The position numbers and the translations under genes are program-made. Shown here one piece after another: positions 39,757 to 51,680 of a stretch of 64,000 nucleotides of DNA. The first letter of the stretch is position 1, and each line of letters starts with the position of its first letter. This stretch comes from Negaprion brevirostris. Taxonomy: Eukaryota. The notes below the pieces were generated by a model. That model searched no databases. It was not told the DNA's origin and saw only the letters and a program-made list of their open reading frames with translations. The DNA lies in contig JARDVH010000031.1 in NCBI GenBank assembly GCA_030324005.1, positions 53,735,314 to 53,799,313 on the forward strand. Direction: 5' to 3'.

Positions 39757-40000
39757 GAACATTTCCTGAAGATTGGACGGTAGCAAATGTAATTCTGCTA
39801 TTTAAGAAAGGAGGCAGAGAAAGAAAATGAGGAACTTACAGATCTGTTAGACTGACATTGGTTGTTGGAACATACTAGAATCAATTATAAAGGGTGTGCT
39901 AATTAGACTTTTCAAAAATAATGGTAGGACTGGGTTGAATCAATATGGACTTATGAAAGGGAAATCATGTTTGATAAACCTGGTGGACTTTTTTGAGGAT
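39757..40000 (+). mobile_element. CR1 RT fragment
   Basis: FPEDWTVANVILLFKKGGRE...QYGLMKGKSCLINLVDFFED. Confidence 0.8.
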
Positions 40001-41240
40001 GCCTTTAGCATGGTTGATCACTACATCCTTTTCCACTGCTTCTCCACTGTTGTCTGACTGCTCTTGACTGGTCCATTCTTATCTAATTAATTGTCACTAA
40101 TGAATCACTTGCAAGGCTTCTTTTCAGCCTCTGTCCCCTAAGTATCAATTTTGGGTCCCCTTCTATTTCTCATCCATATGCTGCCCCTTAACTACTTTGT
40201 TCAAAAATATGTCCACTTCCATATGAATGCTGATGACACCCACCTATACCTCACTACCCCCTCTTCATCCTCGCGCAACCTGTAAATTATAAGACTACTG
40301 ACCTGACATCCAATACTGGGTGAACAGAAATTTCATCCAATAAAATATTGGGAAGACTGAACCCATTACCTTTTGCCCTTGCCAGTATGTTCACTTGCCA
40401 GCCACCAACTCAATTCCTCTTCCTGATACTTGTCTGAGACTGAACAAGACTATTAAAAACTCTGTCATATTTGACTCTGAGATGAGCTTTCAACTCTATA
40501 TCGTGCCATCACAGAGACTGCCCATTTCAAGCTCCATAACATTGTCTGACTCTGCCCTGGCTTCAGATCATCTGCTGCTGAACTGAACTCCTTGTTCATG
40601 CCTTTGTTACCTTCAAATTTGACTATTTTAATGTATCTGTAGTAATTCAGCCTAACACTTTTTTCCACCACCAACAATCTTCATTGTGAACCAAAGGAAA
40701 AGACTGCTCCTGCAGCTTACAGTCAGGTAGTCTTCATCTCGGGAGCTACAACTCCAGTTCAGGTAACATTACAGGATAAAAAAACCTTGCTGACTGCTTC
40801 CCATCGGAAGGACCTCCGTTCACCCAATAAGGCAACTGGTGTTCCACAAAACCCACAGTTAGACCTGTGGCCATCATAATCCAGACCTGACTGACTTCTC
40901 AAATTCCAACTTCTGTAAATTTGAGGCTATCTAAAATTTTGCTGCCGGTGTCCTAATTTGCATCTAATCCCTTTCATTGGTCACCTCTGTGCTTGTTACA
41001 TTGGCCTATATTTTCTCCCAGTGAAGCATTGCCTTAGTTTTTAAGCTCTGGAAATTCCTCCTAAAATTCTTCACCTATTTCACTTTCCTCCTATAACACA
41101 TGCTCTTTGATCAAGCTTTTGGTCATTTGACTGATTATTTACTGATATGGCTGGGTGTAATATTATGTTTTATATTGTCCTTGTGAAGCACTTTGTGATA
41201 TTTTGTTACACTAAAAGTTGCTATATAAATACAGGTTTTT
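40001..41240 (+). mobile_element. L2 LINE RT to 3' end, decayed
   Basis: AFSMVDHYIL, ILGPLLFLIHMLPL, FHMNADDTHLYL; L2-like tail tgtgaagcactttg...gctatataaatacag. Confidence 0.75.
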
Positions 41241-41969
41241 TTTGTTAAGGATGAGAAATGTCTGCCATTAGTAGAATTCTGACTTACGAAGAATGGAATT
41301 CTACCCTTTTAATTTGCTACTCTGATGTCCACCTCCCTCAGCCACCACCCCTCAAGGCTGTGAGGAGAGAGTCTCAATCCACCAGTAACATGGTTGAGAA
41401 ATGGACCTAAGGTGCCACCATCCAGGGTTCAGCAAGCCCAGGACAAGAAGGTTTGGAAGAGGGACTGCTGTGTGATCTGGATGGGGTGGTTGGGTAGGGA
41501 GGCTCCTAATTGAGAGAGTGAGGGATTAGGAGAAGGGGCAGTGTGAGGGGCTGACTGCAATGTATGCAGGGATGTGGTGCAGAGGAGCTTCACTGAATCT
41601 TTTGTTACCATGGAATATGTAGAACTTGGCTGAAATCTGAGTTTTACAAAGTACTTTAAAAATGCAGATTTTCATATTTATATAATACTTCCTTTCAAGT
41701 GATACACAAATTTTACTGATCCAAGTTGAATTATGCCATGTTTCTTTATTGCTATTTAGTTTTTGCTGGTGGCTGGGGTTATGTTAGTGTCAAGAGTTTT
41801 AAAAATATATTTGTTCATGGGATGTGAGCATCACTGGAAAAGCCAGCATTTGTTTCCCATGCCTAATTGCCCTTGAGGAGATAGCGGTGAGTTAAAATTG
41901 GGTGAAGTTGGAAAACAGCTTGTGAAACACTACAGTGTCCTTTGCTTCACTTTGCATGTACCTAAAGTT

Positions 41970-42212
41970 TTTAAAGTTTATTTATTAGTGCCCCAAGTAG
42001 GTTTACATTAACATCTGTAATTTAGATACTGTGAAAATCCCCTAGTCGCCAAACTCTGGCACCTGTTAGGGTACATGGAGGGAGAATTTAGCATGGCCAA
42101 TGCACCTAACCAGCACATCTTTTGGACTGTGGGAGGAAACCCACGCAGTCACGGGGAGAACATGCAGACTCTGCAGACAGTGACCCAAGCTAACCACTGT
42201 GCCATCGTGCCA
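41970..42212 (-). mobile_element. V-SINE with an internal deletion
   Basis: Homolog of 36498-36800 that lacks the B-box segment. Confidence 0.8.
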
Positions 42213-43083
42213 CCCTCCCAGTCCTAAGATTACAACTCTTTAGCAAAAATGTAAGCTTGTTTCTTTAATATTATTTTTAACTTCTTGTTAGCCATGGTTG
42301 GACCACTTTTCCCATGAGACTTTATTCTATAAGGAATGTATATTAATTACAAAATATGTGAACGAATGTCAAAATAAATAAATAACATAAAATAATATAA
42401 ATTATATGAAATAATACTTCAAATGTTTCACTGCAGGCCAACCAGAATATCTTTTAGTCTAGTTTCTCAATCAACTTGCCTTTCATAGTCACATAATTTG
42501 CTTTGTTCAGAATTAAGACTCCAGTTTTGGCCTTCTTCAAAACATGGATTACAGAAGTTCAAGAAAGGTACCGAGTGCTAAGATTTTGACCCTTCATAAA
42601 AGATCAGTGTTTTAATGAATAACTAAATAATTACAAAATGATAAATTTGACCATTCTTTGCATCCAATTATAGCACCCACAAAATACCAATCAAATTTTA
42701 AATGTGTAATGCAGACATTTAGAAGAATATATATTGAGAATTTCCACTGAACTATGTGCATGTTTACTTTTATTTTGTTGCTTTTGAGTTCAATACAGTT
42801 GCCTGTAATGATAGGATTAACTCCCAGCAGATGTGAAAATTACCCAAGTTTACACTGCCAGAGAACCTCAAGACTCCAAATTGGTTTGCATCAATTATTG
42901 AATTGTGGTTATACTGCACAGTCGCTCATGTCTGAAACTCAGCTGGATTCAGCCAAGTTCAAGTAATGTTATAAGAAAGGCATAATGATCAACATATGTG
43001 GGGTGCGAAACAGTAAAGTTGGGGGTCATATATTCTGACAAGTATATGAATCTTTATCGATTGTTGATTTTTTCATTCCAAAG

Positions 43084-43151
43084 GAAGAACAAATAATGTT
43101 GACAATAGAAGAGGAAGGAACAATTCAGTTACCTTTGGATGGAGATTACAG
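43084..43151 (+). CDS. slc4a10: SLC4A10 C-terminal tail exon
   Basis: ttttttcattccaaAG|gaa...ag|GTAAAA, 68 nt. EEQIMLTIEEEGTIQLPLDGDYR resembles mammalian SLC4A10 EEQSMLAMEDEGTVQLPLEGHYR. Confidence 0.9.
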
Positions 43152-44200
43152 GTAAAATTCATGTATAAATTATAGCTAAAGCTTCTCTGTGAGGTATAAT
43201 ATAGATTATTATTTTACAGTCAATAAAGTTTGTACACCTTTTTATTGTATCATGATTTTGCCAGTATATTGTAAGGCTGTAGTCTAAAGCTTAGTTGGAG
43301 AAAAATACGGGGTTCCTTTTCCTGTTGCCCCAGGAAATGGACAGGCATCAATATGTCCAAAGTTCACAGTGTTTGTGCTGGTCCCAGTCTATGTAAGTTT
43401 GGTAAGTCCTGTAATTTGCATAACCTAGTTACATCGCCTGGGAAGACCTTGCATTTGGAAAGGGAATGATGGACAGCACAGCTGTAGGCATCAGACACTT
43501 GCAGCTATGAAACTGAAAGCAAGCCTTGGGAACTCTTGAATCCGGTTGAAAACCAGCACTGAGAATGTTTTGAGGCTTGAAGGTGGTTGGGAAGCTAAGA
43601 GTGAAGTTTTAAATTGCCTTTGTTGTTCTCTCTTTCGCCTGGTTCTGAGATCCTCCCTGATCTCAAGATGCCTAGGCAGAAAGACTAAACACCAATTTCG
43701 TAAGTATCTCTTCTTAAATCAGAAATTGAGGAAACTGAGGTTGGATGTCTGGGATCACCTGATCCCAACTTGTCTTTACAACTACCCTTGGCCTTAGTGG
43801 TTATAGATGTACCCTAAGTGCATGTCTTTGGTGAAAGTCCAAAAACCCTGGGGACAGATAATGGAGGAAGTACCCTGGTTAAGGGAGTTCTGAACCTGTG
43901 TCTTTTGCTTTGCACCAGGGGAATGAGTATCCTTTGGACAAAAATATATGACAATCCACCTCCTTATCCATACTATTCCCTGATGCATTTTATAATTCTT
44001 CCTTTGAATTTGTTGTAAGATGTAGTATATGTATTCATGTTGCTTGTTTTGCATTAACTTCAAGAATTGAAATGTTTCATGGTGCTACATTCTAATTATG
44101 CTGTAAATTTACTGAAATATCAGCAATAAACAATTTTTAATCATTTAGAAAGAATGTTGATTCTCAAGAGAATGACTCTTCGAAGTTTAACTCTCTTTAG

Positions 44201-44317
44201 GGATGATCCTTCTGTTATTAACATTTCTGATGAAATGGCCAAAACCTCTGTCTGGAAAGCGCTCCCTATGAATACTGAAAATGCAAAAAATAAGGACAGT
44301 TACTTTGCATCAAAAAG
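44201..44317 (+). CDS. slc4a10: SLC4A10 C-terminal tail exon
   Basis: ctctctttAG|g...aaaag|GTACTT, 117 nt, phase 2/2. DDPSVINISDEMAKTSVWKALPMNTENAKNKDSYFASK. Confidence 0.92.
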
Positions 44318-44744
44318 GTACTTTTCATTTACATTTAGTTTCTTGGTTAGTTTAATAGAACTTTAGCATTAACATATTTTAGTTAATATGTACTAAGAAT
44401 ATATATTAATGGAACACTTGAAATGTTTGGAAGAGAAATAATTCTTTTTGGCATTTCCTGTTATGACTGGCTGGATTTTAAGTTCCCGACATGTTGAGGT
44501 TGGAGTGGCTGTGGGGCTTGTATTCAGTAATGCAAACGGAATCTAGAAGTAAGTGCGGTACCACTGTGTGATGTTTCAGCCCAGCCAGTATATTAGCATA
44601 CTATTTCCTGGTTTCTTGAACAATTAATCTAAGTGGATGCGATGATGACCTTGTGATTCGATTTCAACTCTAGTATTTAAAGTGACAGTGAGAATATGAA
44701 ATTTGATGGCTTCTGGATGGAATTTGGAATCTATGGGATGTGCA

Positions 44745-45048
44745 CGAAAAAAGTTGATTCGTTGGTTAGGAAGAAAAAGGAGGCTTATGTTCGGATGAGG
44801 CTTGAGGGCTCAGGTANNNNNNNNNNNNNNNNNNNNNNNNNNNNNNNNNNNNNNNNNNNNNNNNNNNNNNNNNNNNNNNNNNNNNNNNNNNNNNNNNNNN
44901 NNNNNNNNNNNNNNNNGATAGGTTTATGGATGAAAAGGGATTGGTTTAGATTAGTGGGTCAGTGTTTTTTTTTTAGAAGCTGGTCGGCGCAACGTCGTGG
45001 GCCGAAGGGCCTGTTCTGCGCTGTAATGTTCTATGTTCTATGTTCTAT
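44745..45048 (+). mobile_element. CR1 remnant spanning a gap
   Basis: SLVRKKKEAYVRMR before the gap; tail gggccgaagggcctgttctgcgctgtaatgttctatgttctatg after it. Confidence 0.7.
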
Positions 45049-45049
45049 G

Positions 45050-45970
45050 GACGTTGCTGGCATAGGCTGGCATTTATTGCCCATCACTACTTGCCCACAA
45101 GAAGGTGTTAGTGAACTGCTTTCTTGAACCCCTGCAGTCTGAGATGTAGGAACATCTACAGTGCAGTTACAAGGGAGTTTGGGATTTTGACCCAGCGACA
45201 TTGCAGGAACAGTGATATATTTCCCAGTCAGGATGATATTTGGCTTGAAGGGGAACTTGCATGTACTGGTGTTTCCATATGTCTGCACCCTTGTAAAGGT
45301 CACGGGTTTGGAAGATGCTGCTGAAGGAATCGTGGTGAGTTGTTGCTAAGCATCTTGTAGATGGTACACACTGCTGCCATTGTGCATCAGTGGTAGAGGG
45401 AGTGAAATTTGAAGCTGGTGGATAGAGGTGCCAATCAAGTTCGCTGCTTTGTCCTGAGTGGAGTCTTGTTGGAGCCATACTCATTCAAGCAAGTGTGGAG
45501 TTTCCATTATGTTCCTGCCTTATGCTTTGCAGTTGGTACACAGGCTTTGGGGAGTACCCAGAGTTTGACCTGCTGTTGTAGCCACAGTATTTATATGGTT
45601 GATCCATTTCCTGGTTAGTGGTAACCCCAGAATGCTGTTGGTGGGAAATTCAGTAATGATATTGCCATTGAATGTCAAGGGGAGATGGTTGGATTCTGTC
45701 TTGTTGGGGATGGTTATTTCCTGGCACTTAAATGGCAATTAACATTCGTGCCATACATCAGCCCAAGCCTGAATATTGTCCATGTCTTCCTGCATATGAA
45801 AACGGACTGGTTCTGAAGAGTCACGAATGGTGCTGAACATTGTCATCTGCGAAAATCCCCAGTTTTGATCTTATGATGGCAGGAAGGTCATTGATGAACC
45901 AGCCGAAGATGGTTGGCCCTGGAAGTATAAACCTGAGGAACTCCTCCTGCAGCACTGTTCTGGGACTGAG
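45050..45970 (-). mobile_element. LINE 3' portion (same family as 29440-30155)
   Basis: Reverse-strand homology to 29440-30155; KCQEITI..K.ESNHLPLTFNG..I...PT..ILG. Confidence 0.65.
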
Positions 45971-47749
45971 ATGAATATGTAACATGATCAAAGTCTATGC
46001 CATGTTTTACTGATATCTCTCCAAATGTGACTTTGGGATCTATGTGGGCCTACATGGAAATAAAGAACTCTGTTAGTGAAACCGAGAAGGTGTAGTGGGA
46101 GGTAGCAGAGGAGGTCAGCAGCAGTAGTGTGCTGCCAAACTTGTGGAGTCAATGCTAAAGCAGTTTAAAACCTAAACAGAACAGCAAAGGTGAGCATAGT
46201 GAAACATTCAGTGTTATGCAAATGTCTGCAACATGCTGACACACTTGTTCTGCCTTCCAAGCCAAGTCCTGTATATCACTCCTCACATCAGCCTGCCTTG
46301 TCAGTGCACCCATCTTTTCTGTCCATGAACTGCCTCACATTTCGATCCACCCATCCACATAACAGTCACCCTTATCTCCCTAATAGTCTCTCTCAATAAA
46401 TGCACTCTATCCATCCAATGAACAAATGCCTTTGCTTTCATTCATCTGGATCTCTTTTCCTCCTTGCACGAGAGGGTAGAACAGTATCAGTGAGAGATCT
46501 GAGGTGTCCTTCCACCTTGATGTCAGCAGCAAGTGAAATATGATTACATGCATAATGATCGCTTAAAACTATTAACCTTAACAATTCAATTCTTTAATCC
46601 CCAAAGTGAGTCACAGGAGCTGGTTCAAGAGGACAATGTGACTCCTCAGACGAGGCCAGTCACTCTCATGATAAACTGAGACTATGAGATAGGACTGTGC
46701 AAACTGGGCACTAACTTGCATAATTTAGTAGGACCACAAAGGAAGATAATTGGGTTTTCACTTGATAACTTACACATTACAAATGAGCATTCGCAGATGT
46801 TGGAGACAGGCACGGCAATCTACATTAGAGGATGTGGGATACTTGAAGCCTTGCTCAGCTGGAGCAAATGCTGAACCTTAGGGGTTGTTGGCAAAGAGTA
46901 TATTTCTGGAGTAGCAGTAAAGAGAGTAGAATGCATTGGTAGACAATCCAACCACACATTGTTTGCAGAGAGATTAAAGATCTTGTAAAGCATGACTGAT
47001 GTGATGTCACAGGCATTTGTGAAAGTCTTTTTTTTCTGTGGAAATAATAGCTACCAATGTCTTGCTTACTATGAATGCCACCTTAATGAGAATACACGTT
47101 ACTCCAACCTTGGAGCCATGTAAGGTTCCACAGATCTGCGGCAAATGCTGTCCATCTCCTTGCTAACATAGAATTAGTGTGGACCATAACAGGATGTGGA
47201 ACTGCCAAGTTGGCTCAAGCACTTTCACTTCTCACCCACTGCCACCACCCCCTTACTCTAGTCAATACCACCACATGTGGTCTTGTATCTTGATAGCCGG
47301 GTCTACCACTGTACAGATGCAGATGGGGCCTTTGGCAGGGTCCTCAGGGGCCACAACATTCAAAGAGTATCAGCCATTAGCATCTCAGCCCTCAGAGCAA
47401 GGATCTGCTCAGGCTAGCTGTACCTCTGTTGAAGCCAAAGTGGTTGCATCATGCCAGGACGAGGAAGAGTGAAGATTTGTACCTGCATAAGGATGTTCAC
47501 GTTATTATGTTACTCAATGTTAGAATGTTAAGTTTCTATTTAATTTTGGAGCCACACAAATGCTATTTGTTTCTACATCCCTGTGTTGCTCGTTTTTACT
47601 TCCAGCCTGGCAAATGGCTTTTTTACTTGTGATTACAAGAATTGATGTTAAGTAATGGGATTTGTGAAAGGGTGTTCGGCCAGTTGTAGGAATGCTTTGT
47701 GTTGAAAGGATGACAGAGTTTGGGGCATGAAATTCACTTTTGTTCATTA

Positions 47750-48900
47750 ATTAGGTGACCTGGTGGAGCTTTTGAACTTCACAATATAATGTGGGTGTGC
47801 GCTGTTGTTGGTGGCTTGGCTGCAGCACATTCCATCTCTGCTCAGAGATGTTTGAGTGGCTCTGTGCTTTGCACCTTGCGCCCCTGCGGGTCCAAGGTAC
47901 GCTGATGTACAATGTTGTGCTGTGAAGACCATGCTCATTCCGGACATCAAGGTAAGTACGTATTGAAGGGAATCTCTTGCCCTGTTAAGATCTCTGAAGT
48001 ACATCTTCAGCATGCTGATCAATTGCGCAATAACAAATCTGGTTGTCATATGGCTTTCATTGTATCACTCCTGCGGCTCATTGATGGCGTTCTTCTTGGG
48101 TGTTATGAGCCATATTTTAAGTGGGGTTATCCCTTTTCTTTGAGGTGGCAGGTGGTAAGTTTGCTTAGAGGTGCAAAGAGATTCAGGACGGTGGACTACT
48201 GCAAGACAAAGGCACTAGATAACTTTCCAGGTTTCTTGTGTACACCTATATAAATATATCTTTGTGGTCGCACATCAGCTACATATTGATGGAACAGAAA
48301 CCACTGAGATTAATAAATTCTTCAGAGTGATCCACGCGGCCTTAATTGTCACATCTGCACAGTCAATGATGCCCCTACACCTGTCGGAAATCCACCAGAG
48401 ATGCAAACCTGAGTGACAGCATCAGTGGCAAAGTTGATATAATTGCCTACCGTGGTAAATAAGCCATCCATCAGTTATCTTATGCATTCATGGTTCACTG
48501 ACTGCGAGACCCTGCAAATGACCCCAACAGACCCTGAGCAAGTCAGAAGCAAAGAAGTTGATGGTAATGATGACTTTGACAAAAATTCACTGATAAAACA
48601 AAGCCACCAGGTCGCTTATCAACCAATCTTGCTCCAGCAGACAGCAGATGCCTGCCATCACCTAATGTAAGGCCCCAAGTCTCCAGAGAATGTAGTGTTC
48701 GGGCATGTTGAGGAAGCTTATCTTTTGTACAGCTGTGTTGTCGTATGATCTCCTGCAAGTTGTAGCTTTTTACCCATAACCTCTTTCCTGTGGAGCGGCA
48801 GGTTTCTTAGGAGCTGTCAACTTCAACTTCTCCTACTGGTGCTCATCCTGCTGCTGCTTCTATTGCTGCTGCTGGTCGCTTTCGGTCCCCACCCAAGGTT
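47750..48900 (-). mobile_element. Harbinger/PIF DDE transposase pseudogene
   Basis: GIIDCADV (near 48350-48375), MCDHKDIF, and TRFVIAQLISMLKMYFRDLNRARDSLQY, which resembles the HARBI1-type TRxxIExxFGxLKxRFRCL. Confidence 0.75.
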
Positions 48901-51087
48901 CCAAAGTAAAACTTTAGAGTGATTTCCATGACCATTCAGCAGGTCAGAGCTCCAAAAGGGATTTGTGAAAGTAACCCTAATGGTTTGTGAGATAGCACAA
49001 GCACTTGTGAACAAAGGCTTTCACACAATCGGGCAAAAAAGTAGCTGCAAGGTTTCAGTACTTATTAGCATCTCCCCAGGTCATGATTTCAGCTCCCTCA
49101 AATACTGCTGTGTTCTCACCTTGCTTTCACTGGCGAGTTCCAGAAAGCTTGGGAAACTGTGAAGCCACAGTATTATTCCAAAACTCGTGTTAATTTCACT
49201 GTAATTCAGTGATTAACATATTGAAGTTGCAATCCTTCTCTCCTGAGGGGGTTGCTCACACACAGCCTATCCATGCTGCAGCTAACTACTGAAATTGGCA
49301 ACTTGGAGCAAGCTTCCCGATGTGCTGCTATTTTCTGAGTTTTAAACTCCACGCTAGGTCCCAAGGCCAGGCTCTTGCAAGTTGAAGTCCTCTCTGTGTT
49401 TTCTGCAAATATGATAAGAATCTTTAATCTATAGGCATCAAAAACACTCTTAATTGTTCTCAAAACAGGATATTTCACTTACTACAAATGTAAGATCAAT
49501 TAAAAATCTGAAATGTAGCAGTATGTGAATTTGGGGTGACACAGCTGGTAGGCTCCCACATGCAAAATGGATCAAAGGCAAAACCACCCCATAACAGAGG
49601 TCCATAGAGTGAAGGAAAATAAGTGATTTATTTATTAAGATGGTAAAATCCATGCATACAGTTTTAACAGTACTGTCAACATGCACGTCGCACAGCTGAG
49701 TAGCTAACCAGGTAAGATAAAAATATGTGTACCGACATTGTGCACTTTGACTTCTCTACCCCTGATGACTATGAATGCTAGTCATTGAACACTGCAAAGA
49801 TTGATATTGATGGATCCTAAGTAAACTCTGGACTAAGAGAAGGTAGAATTGAGGTAGAAGATTGCCCTGACCATATTGAATGACATCTGAAGGGCTGAAT
49901 ATTCTAGTTCTTCTCCTATTTCTCATATTCTCAAATGTTATACCTTGTCAAAAACTAACACTACACTTGATACTGCTATTTATTGTTAATTGTTGTTGAT
50001 CATTATTTAGTTTGTTATTTTCGCGTATTTTTATGTTGCACAGAATATAAGGTTAATCAGCTCATTTAACAATTCTGGTTAACACACATGGATAAGTAAT
50101 AATTTATGCCTTATAACTTGCTTTTATAAACCAAAAGGTGTTTACTATATATTGTTAATATTAGTGTATTCATGCACTTGATTATTGAAAATCATTGTAA
50201 TGGAAGGTTCAACCATAGCAAGGTATGCACATTTTGCGTTTTAAAGTGCGGCGCTTTCTCTTTTCCCTTCAGCACAGTGTTCAGAAGTTAAGGATTATAA
50301 AATTCTGGAAATACTCAGATCTGGCAGCCTCTGTGGAGTGATAAATGGAGGGTAGGATTTTGCATTTTGGGTCAGTTGGGGTTTCCGAATCCACACCCTA
50401 GTGGAAAATCATCAGGGAGTAGTTTTCCTTGATCGACCAATTAGTGGCTAGAAAATGTGCTCACCTTCAGTTAAAGAGGATGGGCAGACTCTAGAAGCTG
50501 CTGGGCCAATAGGAAACCTTCCAGCATAAAAGGAGTTGTGGTCTCCTATTGCAGGGAAGGGTGACAGCAAGGGTGCCTCCATTTTGAGGTTTAACCTCAA
50601 AATGGTATAACGAATGGGCCACAGCTGCCAGGTCACCAGTGTAGAGGAGAAACCCCTCAATAGCATAGCCACAATTTGGGCCAATTAGGCTGGGTCCTGG
50701 ATTACTGCCTCCCTCCCCCAACCCCCACCCAAACTTGATCTCAAATAAATAGCCTTTAACTTACCAGCCTATTAGCTCTGTTTTTCTTTCTCCATAGATC
50801 ATGCCAAACCTACTGTATACTTCCAGCATTTTCTATTTTTATTCTCGATTTCTAACATCTGCAGTAATTTGCTTTTGAGATCAAAACTAGGCTGAGTATA
50901 ATTCCTCCAACAAATTAGGTTTCCGCTTGAAAAAGACTGGATGGAATTCAGGCAAAAAAATGGTAACATCATTGCATCTTGTGAAATATAAGTAATTCGC
51001 GTAAGGCAATGACTGTGATGTGCTAAATGACTGAGACAGGATTAACATCTCTCCTAACCTACTGTTTCATTCCATTTCTGTCATAAG

Positions 51088-51126
51088 CTCCCCTTCCTTA
51101 CCTCTCTAGAAGCTAGTGCCCCAAAG
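51088..51126 (+). CDS. slc4a10: 39-nt alternative cassette exon; inclusion gives a short tail SSPSLPL* (stop 51107-51109)
   Basis: ttctgtcataAG|ctccccttcc...ccaaag|GTAAGT, exactly 39 nt. Matches the known mammalian SLC4A10 39-nt cassette that encodes SSPS*. Confidence 0.85.
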
Positions 51127-51601
51127 GTAAGTCTGTCTTCCCTTTGACCTTCTTGTCATTCATGTCAGTGTTACCTTGCACAGTTTCTGATCACTCTCCA
51201 GCTACTAATACTGTTTTACACAAGCTGTGCAGGAGATACAGAACCAAATATAAGGTAAGAGATTTTAAACAGTCTCGAGGAATTAGGCACAATCAACATG
51301 AATTGTTCAAAAAGATTACTCAAAATACAGTTTGATTGTGTTCCGTCTGCACAGTTGTAGTGTAAATTTTTTTTTGTTTCATTTTATGGTTTGCTAATAT
51401 GGCAGATATGAATTACTCGCTTCAATGTTATTTTGAATTAAATAAGACATGCTAATACGATTGCACTTAAACTGCACAGTTTTCTAAACAAGCGCATGGA
51501 ACTTCTTAATTTTAGTCACTCCATGTTATATTCACCTGTATTTTGACTTCAGCATGCCTAAGCCTCAGCAACTTTAATATTTTTCCTTCTTTTTTTTTCA
51601 G

Positions 51602-51680
51602 TTCACACTCTAATCATGAACGAAGAAAAGAGAAGAAAGCTGACTCAGGGATGGGTATTGACAGGGAAACATGTCTTTGA
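51602..51680 (+). CDS. slc4a10: Terminal coding exon with PDZ-ligand C-terminus ETCL
   Basis: Long polypyrimidine tract then cAG. Phase 2 gives SSHSNHERRKEKKADSGMGIDRETCL*, compared with mammalian ...RKEKKADSGKGVDRETCL. Confidence 0.92.
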
